This document shows, one piece after another, positions 9,841 to 19,542 of a stretch of DNA of 64,000 bases. Location of the stretch: NCBI GenBank assembly GCA_964635275.1, contig CAZWPN010000004.1, forward strand, positions 502 through 64,501, given 5' to 3'. A program made the position numbers and the translations under genes. A model generated the notes under the pieces. It did not search any database, was not told where the DNA came from, and saw only the letters and a list, made by a program, of their open reading frames with translations. Positions within the stretch are counted from its first letter, which is position 1. The number at the start of each line of letters is the position of its first letter. Origin of the DNA: an uncultured Victivallales bacterium (lineage in GTDB: Bacteria > Verrucomicrobiota > Kiritimatiellia > UBA8416 > CAZWPN01).

Positions 9841-10830
9841 ATGCATGGAGTCCGATCAACGACTTGGGCTGCCCCACTCTGCCTGATCGCCGTGCTCGTT
9901 GGTGCAACCGGCGCCAGAACCGCTTCCGCCGGCCCTCTCCAAGTACATACCATCGGCCCGCTTTTGGTGGCACGACCCAGCGCAACGGAGGTGTTGAATC
10001 CTTCGGCATTCCACGACGACTCATGGCTGGTCCAGATGAACATGCAGTGGGGCAACGTCTGGATTCTGAAGCCGGACTTCTATATGGTCGACTGCGAGTG
10101 GGCGTTCCCAACGCTAACACTTGGACATCGCTGGGCAGACAACTGGACGGCGGCAATGCGCATTCCCGTGGTCATACGATGGGCCGGCTTCGCTGACTCG
10201 GCGATTGAGCGCTTCCACGCATGCTTCAGTCTGCCCAATCATCAACGAGACCAATTCCCGGAAAACCGGTCCCTTGTCGCAGTGCGAAACGGAGACCATT
10301 CGTTTCAGATCAGTGGCAGCCATGTCGGCATCGGCGATATCGAGCTGCTAACATCCTGGCGGGCAGTGGACGATGCCCGCTTCATCCCGGGCGTAGTCTT
10401 TCAGGCATCCTGGCAACTGCCAACGGGAGACGAGACAGAACTCGAGGGAACGGGGGACTCGAGCTTCACCGCCTCCATTTTGATGGAAAAGCGCTTCGGG
10501 ACCAGTCCCTTCTCGCTATTCGGCGGAGGAACATTCACGTACCGATTGGCTGAGGAAATAGCAGCCGTCGCAATCCGGCCTACCGGGTACTCCGGACTAT
10601 TGGGGTGCGAGGTCGCCTTGGACACTTGGGATGTCGTTGTTCAGGGAGCGAGTTACTCCCCGGCGGGAAGGGACTACTACGCATTCTCCCGCAATGCGCT
10701 TGAAGCATCATTGGGAGTACGCAAACATATCGGCCGTTCGACTCTTGAGTGTAGCCTGACGGAGAACGTGAAGTACTTCAGCAGCGGCAGCGATATCGGC
10801 GCGCAGATTGGCTGGAATCGGTCTTTCTGA
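9841..10830 (+). CDS. Putative outer-membrane beta-barrel protein (secreted, hypothetical)
   Basis: Signal peptide ending ARTASA. Alternating amphipathic strands and a C-terminal aromatic residue (..IGWNRSF) typical of an OMP. Confidence 0.5.
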   Translation: MHGVRSTTWAAPLCLIAVLVGATGARTASAGPLQVHTIGPLLVARPSATEVLNPSAFHDDSWLVQMNMQWGNVWILKPDFYMVDCEWAFPTLTLGHRWADNWTAAMRIPVVIRWAGFADSAIERFHACFSLPNHQRDQFPENRSLVAVRNGDHSFQISGSHVGIGDIELLTSWRAVDDARFIPGVVFQASWQLPTGDETELEGTGDSSFTASILMEKRFGTSPFSLFGGGTFTYRLAEEIAAVAIRPTGYSGLLGCEVALDTWDVVVQGASYSPAGRDYYAFSRNALEASLGVRKHIGRSTLECSLTENVKYFSSGSDIGAQIGWNRSF

Positions 10831-10860
10831 CACTGACGTCGCGACAGGAGAGGAGCAAAC

Positions 10861-11928
10861 ATGATCAACAGCCAGAATCTCTTGGTGACCGGGGGCTTTG
10901 GTTTCATCGGTGCCAATTTCATCCGTCACCTTCTGGAAGAGACTGGATTCGCCGGACGGGTCGTCAACGTGGACAAACTGACTTATGCGGCCAACCCATT
11001 GAGTTTGCGCGATATAGAAGAGCGCTTTGCGGAACGTTATGTTTTCGAAAGGGCCGACATATGCGACCGGCCGGCCATGGAAAAGGTGTTCGATGCGCTT
11101 CGGATTGATACCGTCGTGCACTTCGCAGCAGAGTCTCATGTGGACCGCTCCATCACAGGGCCGGATGCGTTCATCAAGTCCAACATCATTGGGACCTACG
11201 TCTTGCTGGAAGTATGCCGCGCCCGGAAAGACCGTATCCGCCGCTTTCACCACATTAGTACTGACGAGGTCTTTGGAAGTCTGGGAGACAAGGGGTATTT
11301 CGTCGAAGACACGCCTTACCATCCCAACAGCCCCTACTCCGCCTCAAAGGCAGCCTCCGACCACCTGGTCCGGGCGTACCATTCGACCTTTGGCCTGCCG
11401 GTGACAATCTCCAACTGCTCGAACAACTTCGGGCCATTCCAGTTTCCTGAGAAACTGATACCGCTGATGATTCTCAACGCATTGGAAGGCAAACCCCTGC
11501 CAGTCTACGGAGACGGCCTCAACGTTCGCGACTGGCTCTACGTCAGTGACCACTGCACGGCGATCCATGCCATCCTCACGAAAGGAGAAGAGGGTGAAAC
11601 CTATAACGTAGGCGGTCGCAACGAGATGCCAAACCTGACCGTTGTTCAGATGATCTGCGACCGGGTTGACGAAATGGCATCCCCTCTTGCCTGTGGCCCT
11701 CGACGCAGCTTGATAACCTTTGTCAAAGATCGTCCCGGCCATGACCGCAGATACGCCATTGACTGCACGCGAATAACGTCCCGACTGGGATGGCAACCGG
11801 CAGAGTCCTTCGACACCGCCCTTCAGAAAACCGTTCGCTGGTATCTCGACAACGATCAGTGGGTCGCTCAGATTCGTACCGGTCAATACGCAGAGTGGAT
11901 CCAAAACAACTACTCCGGGCGTTCATAG
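10861..11928 (+). CDS. rfbB: dTDP-glucose 4,6-dehydratase
   Basis: Rossmann motif TGGFGFIGANF, catalytic YSASKAASD (YxxxK), a strong RBS (GAGAGGAG) and full-length similarity to RmlB. Confidence 0.9.
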   Translation: MINSQNLLVTGGFGFIGANFIRHLLEETGFAGRVVNVDKLTYAANPLSLRDIEERFAERYVFERADICDRPAMEKVFDALRIDTVVHFAAESHVDRSITGPDAFIKSNIIGTYVLLEVCRARKDRIRRFHHISTDEVFGSLGDKGYFVEDTPYHPNSPYSASKAASDHLVRAYHSTFGLPVTISNCSNNFGPFQFPEKLIPLMILNALEGKPLPVYGDGLNVRDWLYVSDHCTAIHAILTKGEEGETYNVGGRNEMPNLTVVQMICDRVDEMASPLACGPRRSLITFVKDRPGHDRRYAIDCTRITSRLGWQPAESFDTALQKTVRWYLDNDQWVAQIRTGQYAEWIQNNYSGRS

Positions 11929-11973
11929 TCCGAACATCGCCAGGCCGACCGCCGCCTATCGGGAGAGCAACCC

Positions 11974-12151
11974 AAAACTGCGGGAGTTGGAAGACTGGAA
12001 GGATGGAAGATTTGGGCAAGCCCTTGAATCCGTGGCCGATTCACACGCGCTGCGCGCGTGCATGAGTTCACGCTTCTTTTGATGTTTCCTCCTGCCTATT
12101 GCCGTGCTGAATACCCCGGCAGGCGCGCCTTCCCCACCCTTCCTGTCCTCC
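11974..12151. repeat. Dispersed ~180-bp intergenic repeat, copy A (MITE-like or structured-RNA element)
   Basis: About 85% identical to 37122..37313; the shared core is AACTGCGGGAGTTGGAAGACTGGAAGG...GCAAGCCCTTGAATCCGTGGCC...GTGCATGAGTTCACGC. A 1-nt indel between copies argues against protein coding. The termini are inverted (GGAAGACTGGAAGG / CCTTCCAGTCTTCC). Confidence 0.7.
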
Positions 12152-12158
12152 GCAGTTC

Positions 12159-12815
12159 ATGGAGCAATCAGCGCTATGGACGTCCGTCGCGAAAATGGGT
12201 TATAATTCCCCTGTGAGCACGTTGCCACACCCAAGCGTCTTGGACCTCGTAGCTGTGGGCTTCATCGTGATGAATGCCCGGGTCGGCTATCGGCGCGCCG
12301 TACCCGGCGAGTCTCTCAAGTTGATAGCGCTGATTCCCGCCTGTCTAGTTTTCGCTATGACGGTTCAGCCGGTCAGCCGCTTTGCAAGCCGTTTCAACGC
12401 ACTCGGCATTCCAGCCGAATCGCGCCCGGCAATCGGTTTGATTTCCACGGCTATCGTGTCCCTGATTGTCCTGGCCATCTTCCGGCGGATTATTTCCAGC
12501 TTTCTGCATCCGCCATCACCGCGTCACAAGGCAAAGGTCGGCAACATGATCGCAGCGACTGTCTACGCGGCTCTCTTTGTACTTCTGACTTGGGGTGCCA
12601 TGGGCTTATTGCCCGTGCAGGAGCTGAATGATCGCTTTACCCGTGACTCCATCATCGGCCGGAGCATGGCCTCCGCGCTGCCTGCTCTCAAATCTCGGAT
12701 ATCGAGCAAAGGCGAGAGCAGCCGTCGTTCCAATCCGCCCGCCGCATCGTCAAAGCGATCGGTATTCGGAACGTTTCGGGAAGGCCAGAACTCGCGCACC
12801 GACATTCCCCAGTAG
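12159..12815 (+). CDS. CvpA-like membrane protein (start uncertain)
   Basis: N-terminal LDLVAVGFIVMNARVGYRR resembles the CvpA family signature, and the protein is hydrophobic with a charged C-terminal tail. The true start may be internal (12195 or later). Confidence 0.45.
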   Translation: MEQSALWTSVAKMGYNSPVSTLPHPSVLDLVAVGFIVMNARVGYRRAVPGESLKLIALIPACLVFAMTVQPVSRFASRFNALGIPAESRPAIGLISTAIVSLIVLAIFRRIISSFLHPPSPRHKAKVGNMIAATVYAALFVLLTWGAMGLLPVQELNDRFTRDSIIGRSMASALPALKSRISSKGESSRRSNPPAASSKRSVFGTFREGQNSRTDIPQ

Positions 12816-12887
12816 CCCAAATGGTATGGCGTTGCCCAACCTGAGCATTTACGCCGGCGTTTTTGTAGTGTAGAGTACTGTCCCTTC

Positions 12888-14726
12888 ATGAGCGGCATGG
12901 TTTCAAAACAGACGCTGGACGATATTCGATTCCGTAACGACATTGCGGACGTGATCGGATCCTATTTCCAACTGCAACGGGCCGGGGCGGCATTCAAAGC
13001 CCTGTGCCCCTTCCACAAGGAGAAGTCCCCCTCGTTCAACGTCAATATCCAGCGCCAGATCTACCACTGCTTCGGGTGCGGCGCTGGTGGGGACGTGTTC
13101 GGTTTTGTAATGCAGTACGAGGGCGTCGATTTCATGATGGCTGTGCGCATGCTCGCCGAACGCGCCGGCGTCCGTCTGGAGCTTGATGCCTCGGCCGGCG
13201 ATACTTCCGAAAAGGCGATTCTCTACAAACTGCACGCGGAACTGGCCGAATTCTACCATCGGGTGCTGGTGGAGAGCCGGCTGGCCGAGCCGGCGCGTGA
13301 GTACTGCGCAAAGCGCGACCTGAACGACGACATCAGAAAGATGTTCCTGATCGGATACGCCCCAAACCGGTGGGATACCGTGCTCCAGTGGGCCGACAAG
13401 CACAAGCACCCTCACGCCCTTCTGGAAACCGCGGGGCTGCTGGCTAAGCCAACAACACCCGGCGCACGTTCCGAATACTACGACCGATTCCGTAATCGGC
13501 TGATGTTTCCCATCCGTGATGAACAAGGCCGCGTGATCGCTTTCAGCGGACGCGTGCTCGACCCCGATGCCAAGGAAGCCAAGTACGTCAACAGCCCCGA
13601 GACGCCGATTTTCCAGAAGGGACGCGTGCTCTACGCACTGGACAAGGCGCGCAAGCCCATGGTCGACGCTCGGGAAGCCATCGTGTGCGAAGGCCAGATT
13701 GACGTTATCCGCTGCCACCAGGCAGGCTTCCACAATGCGGTGGCCGCCCAGGGAACCGCTTTCACCGAGGACCACGTCAGGACCTTGCGCCGCTACGCAG
13801 ACAGCGTCGTCCTGGTGTTCGACTCTGATCGCGCCGGTCAGGACGCGGCTATCCGGGCCTCCGGCACATTCATGTCGGCTGGAATCGCCGTGCGCGTCGC
13901 TTCCGTCCCCGCCGGCGAGGATCCGGATTCGTTCATCCGCAAACAAGGAGCTGACGCTTTCCGCCGTATGATAGACACTTCCACTTCCGCCGTGGCCTTC
14001 CAGATAAAGGTGTTGTCCGGACGCGAGAATGCCCACTCGGAGATTGGCGTCATGCGAATCGCCAAGGCAGTGCTTCAAACCATCCTCCACACGCCAAACG
14101 AAGTTCAAAAGGCCAAGTTGATTCAGGAAGCAGCCGAGCAACTGAGGATCCCGGCTTCCGCGCTCCAACGGGACCTGAACGCCATGGTCCGCCGTGCCCG
14201 CCCCTCTTCCGCCGCCGACGCGGGCGTACCCACCACAGCTGCCGCCACACCCAGAGCGGTTGATGAAGTGCGTCTTTGCGAACACCTGGCTCGAATTCAG
14301 GACAGCCCGGCACTGGCCCAACTCATCGAAAAATACCTGCCGCTCCACATGATCAGCGACCCGGACTGCAGGCGTTTTGCCGAGGCGGCGCTTGAACTCG
14401 GCCGGACCGGCCGCCCCATACCCGAAACACTCAGGGCCTCCGGCGATGCCTCTGAGGAACTGCTTCGGTTCGCGGCCGCCGTTCAGATGGCCCCAGACCG
14501 CGCCGGCAGCCGGGAGTTTTCTGTGGAGGACGCGGCGAAAGGACTCATCCTGTCGATCTGGCAGCGCCGCCTGAAGGAAGAACGCCGGGTGATCGAAGAG
14601 GAATGCGCGAGAACGGGAAGCCAGGCGGCGGAATCCCGACGGCATCAGGCAACGATGGACCTGAAGACCCTGCGCTCCTGGCAGGATGGGTCCGCGCTAA
14701 TTGAGATCCGCCTCCATTCTGCGTGA
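12888..14726 (+). CDS. dnaG: DNA primase
   Basis: Zinc-binding region CPFHKEKSPSF...CFGCGAGGD and a TOPRIM motif (EGQIDVI...DSDRAGQ). rpoD does not follow. Confidence 0.9.
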   Translation: MSGMVSKQTLDDIRFRNDIADVIGSYFQLQRAGAAFKALCPFHKEKSPSFNVNIQRQIYHCFGCGAGGDVFGFVMQYEGVDFMMAVRMLAERAGVRLELDASAGDTSEKAILYKLHAELAEFYHRVLVESRLAEPAREYCAKRDLNDDIRKMFLIGYAPNRWDTVLQWADKHKHPHALLETAGLLAKPTTPGARSEYYDRFRNRLMFPIRDEQGRVIAFSGRVLDPDAKEAKYVNSPETPIFQKGRVLYALDKARKPMVDAREAIVCEGQIDVIRCHQAGFHNAVAAQGTAFTEDHVRTLRRYADSVVLVFDSDRAGQDAAIRASGTFMSAGIAVRVASVPAGEDPDSFIRKQGADAFRRMIDTSTSAVAFQIKVLSGRENAHSEIGVMRIAKAVLQTILHTPNEVQKAKLIQEAAEQLRIPASALQRDLNAMVRRARPSSAADAGVPTTAAATPRAVDEVRLCEHLARIQDSPALAQLIEKYLPLHMISDPDCRRFAEAALELGRTGRPIPETLRASGDASEELLRFAAAVQMAPDRAGSREFSVEDAAKGLILSIWQRRLKEERRVIEEECARTGSQAAESRRHQATMDLKTLRSWQDGSALIEIRLHSA

Positions 14727-14867
14727 CACGTCTTAATCGCATGGCATAATACGCGCGTGCAGCAATGGAGCATTGGGCCTGCATTGTAGTGCTGGTCGAA
14801 GCTGGCGGGGATGCGGTACGAAGTGTGGATTTGTTTGCAATAGGATCCGTCAAACGAGGAGCATGTT

Positions 14868-16130
14868 ATGAAGACTGATTTGATTGAAAAAGCCTATGCT
14901 ATCGCCAACGAAACGTATGCCGAATACGGCGTGGACACCGAGCAGGCGATTCTGCGCCTGAGCAAGGTGCCCGTTTCCATCCACTGTTGGCAGGGCGACG
15001 ATGTGGGCGGCTTTGAGCACGCCGGCGAGTTGGATGGAGGCCTCGTCGCCACAGGGCACTACCCGGGGAAGGCCCGCAACGCCGACGAATTGCGCAGCGA
15101 CCTGTCGAAGGCGATGACCCTCGCACCTGGCCGACATCGCCTCAACCTCCACGCGATATACGCCGAAACCAACGGCCGAAAGGTGGAGCGCACCGACCTC
15201 ACTTTCGAGCATTTCACGCGCTGGGCGGACTGGGCAGCCGAGAAGGATATCGGCCTGGATTTCAACCCATCCTTTTTCGCCCACCCCAAGGCCGCGTCGG
15301 GCCGCACCCTCACGCACCCCGATAAAGATATCCGGCGTTTCTGGGTGGAGCACGGAATCGCCTGCCGCCACATCGGTGAGGCTTTTGGCCGCCGCCTGAA
15401 GGATCCGTGTATCACCAACGTCTGGATCCCGGACGGATCCAAGGATAGCCCGGCTGACCGACGCACCCCGCGATTGCTGCTCGAAGAATCACTGGACGAG
15501 CTCTTCGCACGCGCGATCGATCCCGCGTTCAACCTCGACGCCGTCGAGAGCAAGCTGTTCGGGATCGGTTCAGAGTGCTACGTGGCCGGTTCGCACGAGT
15601 TCTACCTCGCTTACGCAGTGCGCAACGAGAAGATGCTTTGCCTCGACATGGGGCATTTTCACCCTACCGAGTCGATTGCAGACAAGATATCGTCCTTGCT
15701 CGTCTTCCTCGATGGACTGCTGTTGCACGTCAGCCGCGGGGTGCGGTGGGACAGCGATCATGTGGTTATCTTTAACGACGAATTGCGCGCCCTGTGCGAG
15801 GAGGTAGTCCGTATCGGCGCCTTGGATCGCGTTCATCTGGCCTTGGACTATTTCGACGCCAGCATCAACCGGGTGGCCGCCTGGGTCATAGGGGTCCGAA
15901 GCCTGCAGAAAGCCCTCCTGGCCGCGCTTCTGGAACCGCAGGATGCAATGCGCGAGGCCGAGCGAAAGGGAGACATGACTGCGCGCCTCGCTTGGATGGA
16001 GGAAGCCAAAGCCCTGCCGGCGGCCGCCGTCTGGGACTCCTTCTGCCTGCGCAACAACGTCCCCGTCGGTCCGGCCTGGCTGCAGGAAGCTCAACAATAC
16101 GAGCGCGATGTCCTGAGCAAGAGGCAGTAG
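14868..16130 (+). CDS. rhaA: L-rhamnose isomerase
   Basis: N-terminal PVSIHCWQGDDVGGFE matches E. coli RhaA (PVSMHCWQGDDVSGFE). The length (420 aa) also fits. Confidence 0.85.
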   Translation: MKTDLIEKAYAIANETYAEYGVDTEQAILRLSKVPVSIHCWQGDDVGGFEHAGELDGGLVATGHYPGKARNADELRSDLSKAMTLAPGRHRLNLHAIYAETNGRKVERTDLTFEHFTRWADWAAEKDIGLDFNPSFFAHPKAASGRTLTHPDKDIRRFWVEHGIACRHIGEAFGRRLKDPCITNVWIPDGSKDSPADRRTPRLLLEESLDELFARAIDPAFNLDAVESKLFGIGSECYVAGSHEFYLAYAVRNEKMLCLDMGHFHPTESIADKISSLLVFLDGLLLHVSRGVRWDSDHVVIFNDELRALCEEVVRIGALDRVHLALDYFDASINRVAAWVIGVRSLQKALLAALLEPQDAMREAERKGDMTARLAWMEEAKALPAAAVWDSFCLRNNVPVGPAWLQEAQQYERDVLSKRQ

Positions 16131-16136
16131 AGCATC

Positions 16137-16790
16137 ATGAGTGCCGTGCGCGAAGAACTGGTGGGTTACGGTGTAAGGATGGTCCGGGCAGGACTGGTCG
16201 CCGGAGCCGGTGGCAATATCAGCGCCCGCGAAGGCACAATCGTGTGGATGAAGCCCAGCGGCGTTGCCATGGATGATATGACTCCGGACGACCTCGCCGG
16301 CATGGATATGAACCTTGGCAGACAGATCAGGGGCTTCAAGAAACCCACCTCCGAAGTCAACATGCACCTTGCCATCTACCGGAAACGTCCGGACATTACC
16401 GCCATCTTCCACTCGCACTCTCCATGGGCATCTGGAGTTATCAGCGGCGGTGTCGAACTGAGGCCAATGTTCGCGGAATTCGTATGCGACCTCGGCTGCA
16501 CCGGCACACTCCCCTACATCACGCCCACAACCCAGGAACTCGCCGACAGAGCGGCGGAAAAGGCCGCTTCGTGCGACACCATATTTCTGGCCAACCACGG
16601 CATTGTGGCCCTTGGTGTCACAATGAAACAGGCCTACTACCGCTGCGTCGTGGTCGAGGACGCCGCCAAGTCACTCGTGGCAGCCGCCGTAGTCGGGAAG
16701 CCTCAGTTCCTTACACCTGCGCAGATCGCGGACCTGATGGCATTGGATGGCGCGAAACACCGTATTTCAATGATGGAGGGAAAGCAATGA
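16137..16790 (+). CDS. Class II aldolase (rhamnulose-1-phosphate / fuculose-phosphate aldolase type)
   Basis: Class II aldolase/adducin motifs GNISAR, PSG and HSHSP are present, and the gene sits between rhaA and rhaB. Confidence 0.75.
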   Translation: MSAVREELVGYGVRMVRAGLVAGAGGNISAREGTIVWMKPSGVAMDDMTPDDLAGMDMNLGRQIRGFKKPTSEVNMHLAIYRKRPDITAIFHSHSPWASGVISGGVELRPMFAEFVCDLGCTGTLPYITPTTQELADRAAEKAASCDTIFLANHGIVALGVTMKQAYYRCVVVEDAAKSLVAAAVVGKPQFLTPAQIADLMALDGAKHRISMMEGKQ

Positions 16791-18292
16791 TCACGAAGCG
16801 GTTCATGGCAGTAGACCTTGGCGCCTCGGGTGGAAAGTGCTTTGTCGGCACATTTGAGCAGGCCGGCTTCCACATGAAGGAAATCCACCGATTTCCCCAT
16901 GAAGGCGTGAACTTCCACCTGCCAGACGGCAGTGGCGCAATCTCCGAGCGGGCCCACTGGGACGATACTCACCTCTACCGCAACATCGTCCTCGGCCTGG
17001 AATCATGCCGCCGCGACGTCGGCCCCGCCTTGGACGGCATAGGAATTGACACCTGGGGCGCTGATGGGCAGTTCTTTAGCGCGGACGGCGAACTCCTCGC
17101 AAAGATCTACTGCTACCGTGACCACCGGCTAGACCGGATGATCGAGCAGGTCAAGGCGCGTATTTCGGCGCGCCGTGTCTACGAGATCACCGGCATCCAC
17201 TTCCAGCCATTTAACGTCAGCAACCAACTCCTGTGGTGGATGCAGAACCGCAAGGACCTGCTTCGCCCGGGCTGCTTCTATCTCCCGATCCCATCCGTAT
17301 TCTACTTCTATCTCGGCGGCGTGAAAGCCGTTGACTCCTCTTGGGCCAGCGTTACCCAGCTCATGGATGCACAACGCAAGTGCTGGAGCCCAGAGATCCT
17401 TGCCGCATTGGGCATCCCGCAGGAAGTCCTTCCAGCCATCGTCGCGCCCGGAACCGTTGTCGGCCGCATGACCGCACCGCTCGCCAAGGCTATCGGATTG
17501 AATGAGGTTCCGCTGATTGCAGTTGGCGGACACGACACGGCAAGCGCCTTTGCTGCCGCCCCGGTGGACAATACAGATGACGCCCTTATCATCAGTTCAG
17601 GCACATGGTCGCTCGTCGGCAAACTGATTCCTGTTCCTATCACCAGCGAAGCCGCAATGGCGGCGAACGTCAGCAACGAAGGCGGTATCGGTAACGTCAG
17701 GTTCCTGAAGAACTGCATGGGACTGTGGCTCGTTCAGGAACTCCGGCGCGGCTGGCGCGCAGCAGACGGAAAGGAACTGTCATGGGACGAAGTCGGCCGA
17801 TTGATCGAATCGGCAAAGCCGTTCACGGCCTTCGTGGACCCTGACGACTCATCTTTCTACAACCCCGCCAGCATGGAGAATGCCTTCGCGGAGTTCTGCA
17901 GGAAGACGGCGCAACCAATTCCGGCGGATCGTGGAACATTCCTGCGGGTCGCCATGGAGAGCCTTGCACTCAAATATCGAATGGTGAACGAACAGATTTC
18001 GGCTGTGTGCGGGAAGCCCTCGAAGGTCGTTCACATCGTGGGTGGCGGAAGCAAGGACAAGCTCCTCAACCAGTTTGCCGCTAATGCAGTCGGGCTGCCG
18101 GTCCTGGCTGGACCCGAAGAGGCAACGGCCGTCGGAAACCTGATGGTTCAAGCCATGGCCTCTGGTGTGATTCGCTCACTCCACGAAGCCCTGCCCATCA
18201 TCCGCAAGGCGTTTCCCATTGGCGAGTACCGCCCACAGAACGCAGAAGAATGGTCTGCGGCGTATGGCCGCTTCCGACGTATTGTGGGGTAG
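16787..18292 (+). CDS. rhaB: Rhamnulokinase (FGGY carbohydrate kinase)
   Basis: FGGY motifs AVDLGASGGK, GGHDTASAF and GTWSL. The start ATG overlaps the aldolase stop (ATGA) and is preceded by a GGAGGG RBS; the upstream extension of the ORF-track entry (16424) is discounted. Confidence 0.85.
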   Translation: MITKRFMAVDLGASGGKCFVGTFEQAGFHMKEIHRFPHEGVNFHLPDGSGAISERAHWDDTHLYRNIVLGLESCRRDVGPALDGIGIDTWGADGQFFSADGELLAKIYCYRDHRLDRMIEQVKARISARRVYEITGIHFQPFNVSNQLLWWMQNRKDLLRPGCFYLPIPSVFYFYLGGVKAVDSSWASVTQLMDAQRKCWSPEILAALGIPQEVLPAIVAPGTVVGRMTAPLAKAIGLNEVPLIAVGGHDTASAFAAAPVDNTDDALIISSGTWSLVGKLIPVPITSEAAMAANVSNEGGIGNVRFLKNCMGLWLVQELRRGWRAADGKELSWDEVGRLIESAKPFTAFVDPDDSSFYNPASMENAFAEFCRKTAQPIPADRGTFLRVAMESLALKYRMVNEQISAVCGKPSKVVHIVGGGSKDKLLNQFAANAVGLPVLAGPEEATAVGNLMVQAMASGVIRSLHEALPIIRKAFPIGEYRPQNAEEWSAAYGRFRRIVG

Positions 18293-18528
18293 CGAATAGC
18301 CAAGCAGCGACGCGCCTAAGAAGACGTCTCTGGCTACCAGGCTTTGCCCCAAGTAGCCCGCGACCTGCGTGCAACTCATGCCATGAGTCACAAGCATCAC
18401 TCCGTGGAGCCGATGGTCGCAGCGAGACTCTTCAGAGCGCTGAATCTCCTGCTACACGGCAATCTGCATGCTCTGGCAATCCGCCACTTCGAGCTTGCGC
18501 ACTGCAACACGAATACGGAAGCGTTCTA

Positions 18529-19263
18529 CTAGGGCCGATTTGCGGCGATAACATCCTCATTGAAGCAGGCCCTCACGCTTTGCCCCGGCGGCACAACCAG
18601 AAAGTCGTCATTCCACTTACCGTCCACCAATCGCTGGAGCAGGTCAAGCGATCCATGCAATACGTCGAAGGTCCAGCCCCGTTCCGCCGCCTCGCCGCGC
18701 GCCTGCTCCTGAAAACGGTCATCCTGCGCGAGCCCCATGTGGATAAATGTCAGGCGAGAGTAGTTCTGCACCCAGGCACCCATTGTCTCGGCGATATACC
18801 GGGCATTCTCCTCCCCATACTGCTCGACGAGTTTATCGTACTGGGTGGACATGCCAAGCTTCTGCTGGATATTGATCTCGCCGGCTCCCTCGGAGTCCGC
18901 ATGCTCAATCCAGCCGCTGGTCCGATAGTAGGTTCCGGGGTTCGCGTCGAAATAGGCCCGGTATTTTCTGCGATCCCCCATGAACAGCGTCATGCAATCA
19001 TGGGCCTTTGGTATGACGAGCGGCGCGTTTCGTGCGGTCAGTCCCGCCAAGCCATTGTTGCACAAGCCATAGGCTAGCAACACCGCCGAACAACTTTCCG
19101 GAACGGCGTCCACACTGGTCTGAATCCGGGCAAGCATCCGTTCCGCCCCCAGGTCGTGCAACCCCTTCGGCAGAAACTCCAGGTCACAGGTCGATGGAGT
19201 TCCGGCTACCAGGTGACAGATCTCTCGAAAGAAGACTTCACAGGCCAGGACCTTATATCTCAT
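18529..19263 (-). CDS. Hypothetical protein (possibly DUF1638-like)
   Basis: Clean 244-aa ORF opposite an artefactual + ORF. The N-terminal MRYKVLACEVFFREI pattern is reminiscent of DUF1638, a family I recall as often adjoining corrinoid methyltransferase systems; I cannot verify this. Confidence 0.45.
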   Translation of the reverse strand: MRYKVLACEVFFREICHLVAGTPSTCDLEFLPKGLHDLGAERMLARIQTSVDAVPESCSAVLLAYGLCNNGLAGLTARNAPLVIPKAHDCMTLFMGDRRKYRAYFDANPGTYYRTSGWIEHADSEGAGEINIQQKLGMSTQYDKLVEQYGEENARYIAETMGAWVQNYSRLTFIHMGLAQDDRFQEQARGEAAERGWTFDVLHGSLDLLQRLVDGKWNDDFLVVPPGQSVRACFNEDVIAANRP

Positions 19264-19374
19264 CGCACCCTCCGAAGAACGATCGCGGGAGTCTAGCAGT
19301 CACCATGAGACACAGCAATTCCCATTATGGCGGCGCCCCCGCGCGCCCTTTTGTAGTGGGAACGCGCAAGGCGA

Positions 19375-19488
19375 CAAGGGGACACGACATAATGAGAATT
19401 GCCAACGGAGGCAGGGCAAGTCATTTCGCACGGATCTGGCCGTCAGAAAACTCTTGTTTCTCTGACAGGGGACACGACATAATGGGAC
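19375..19488 (+). promoter_or_regulatory. Two 20-bp direct repeats (AGGGGACACGACATAATG) 91 bp apart upstream of hup
   Basis: Exact repeat seen at 19377-19394 and 19468-19485. Each contains a CATAAT -10-like hexamer. Confidence 0.4.
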
Positions 19489-19542
19489 CGTGGTTCGGGA
19501 TAGTCCCGGGCGCACGTACCTCAACAACAAATAGGAGCGGGC

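Noticed and set aside
12903-14645. 580-aa ORF on the minus strand spanning dnaG
   Set aside because: Antisense to a gene with unmistakable DnaG motifs. Long stop-free antisense frames are expected at >60% GC. The same applies to 4459..5232, 15570..16598, 19855..20970, 23956..24726, 37365..38447, 55224..55922, 56104..56823 and 61807..62652.
16424-16786. N-terminal extension of the rhaB ORF in the ORF track
   Set aside because: It overlaps the aldolase coding region in another frame. The ATG at 16787 has a GGAGGG RBS and aligns with the FGGY kinase N-terminus.
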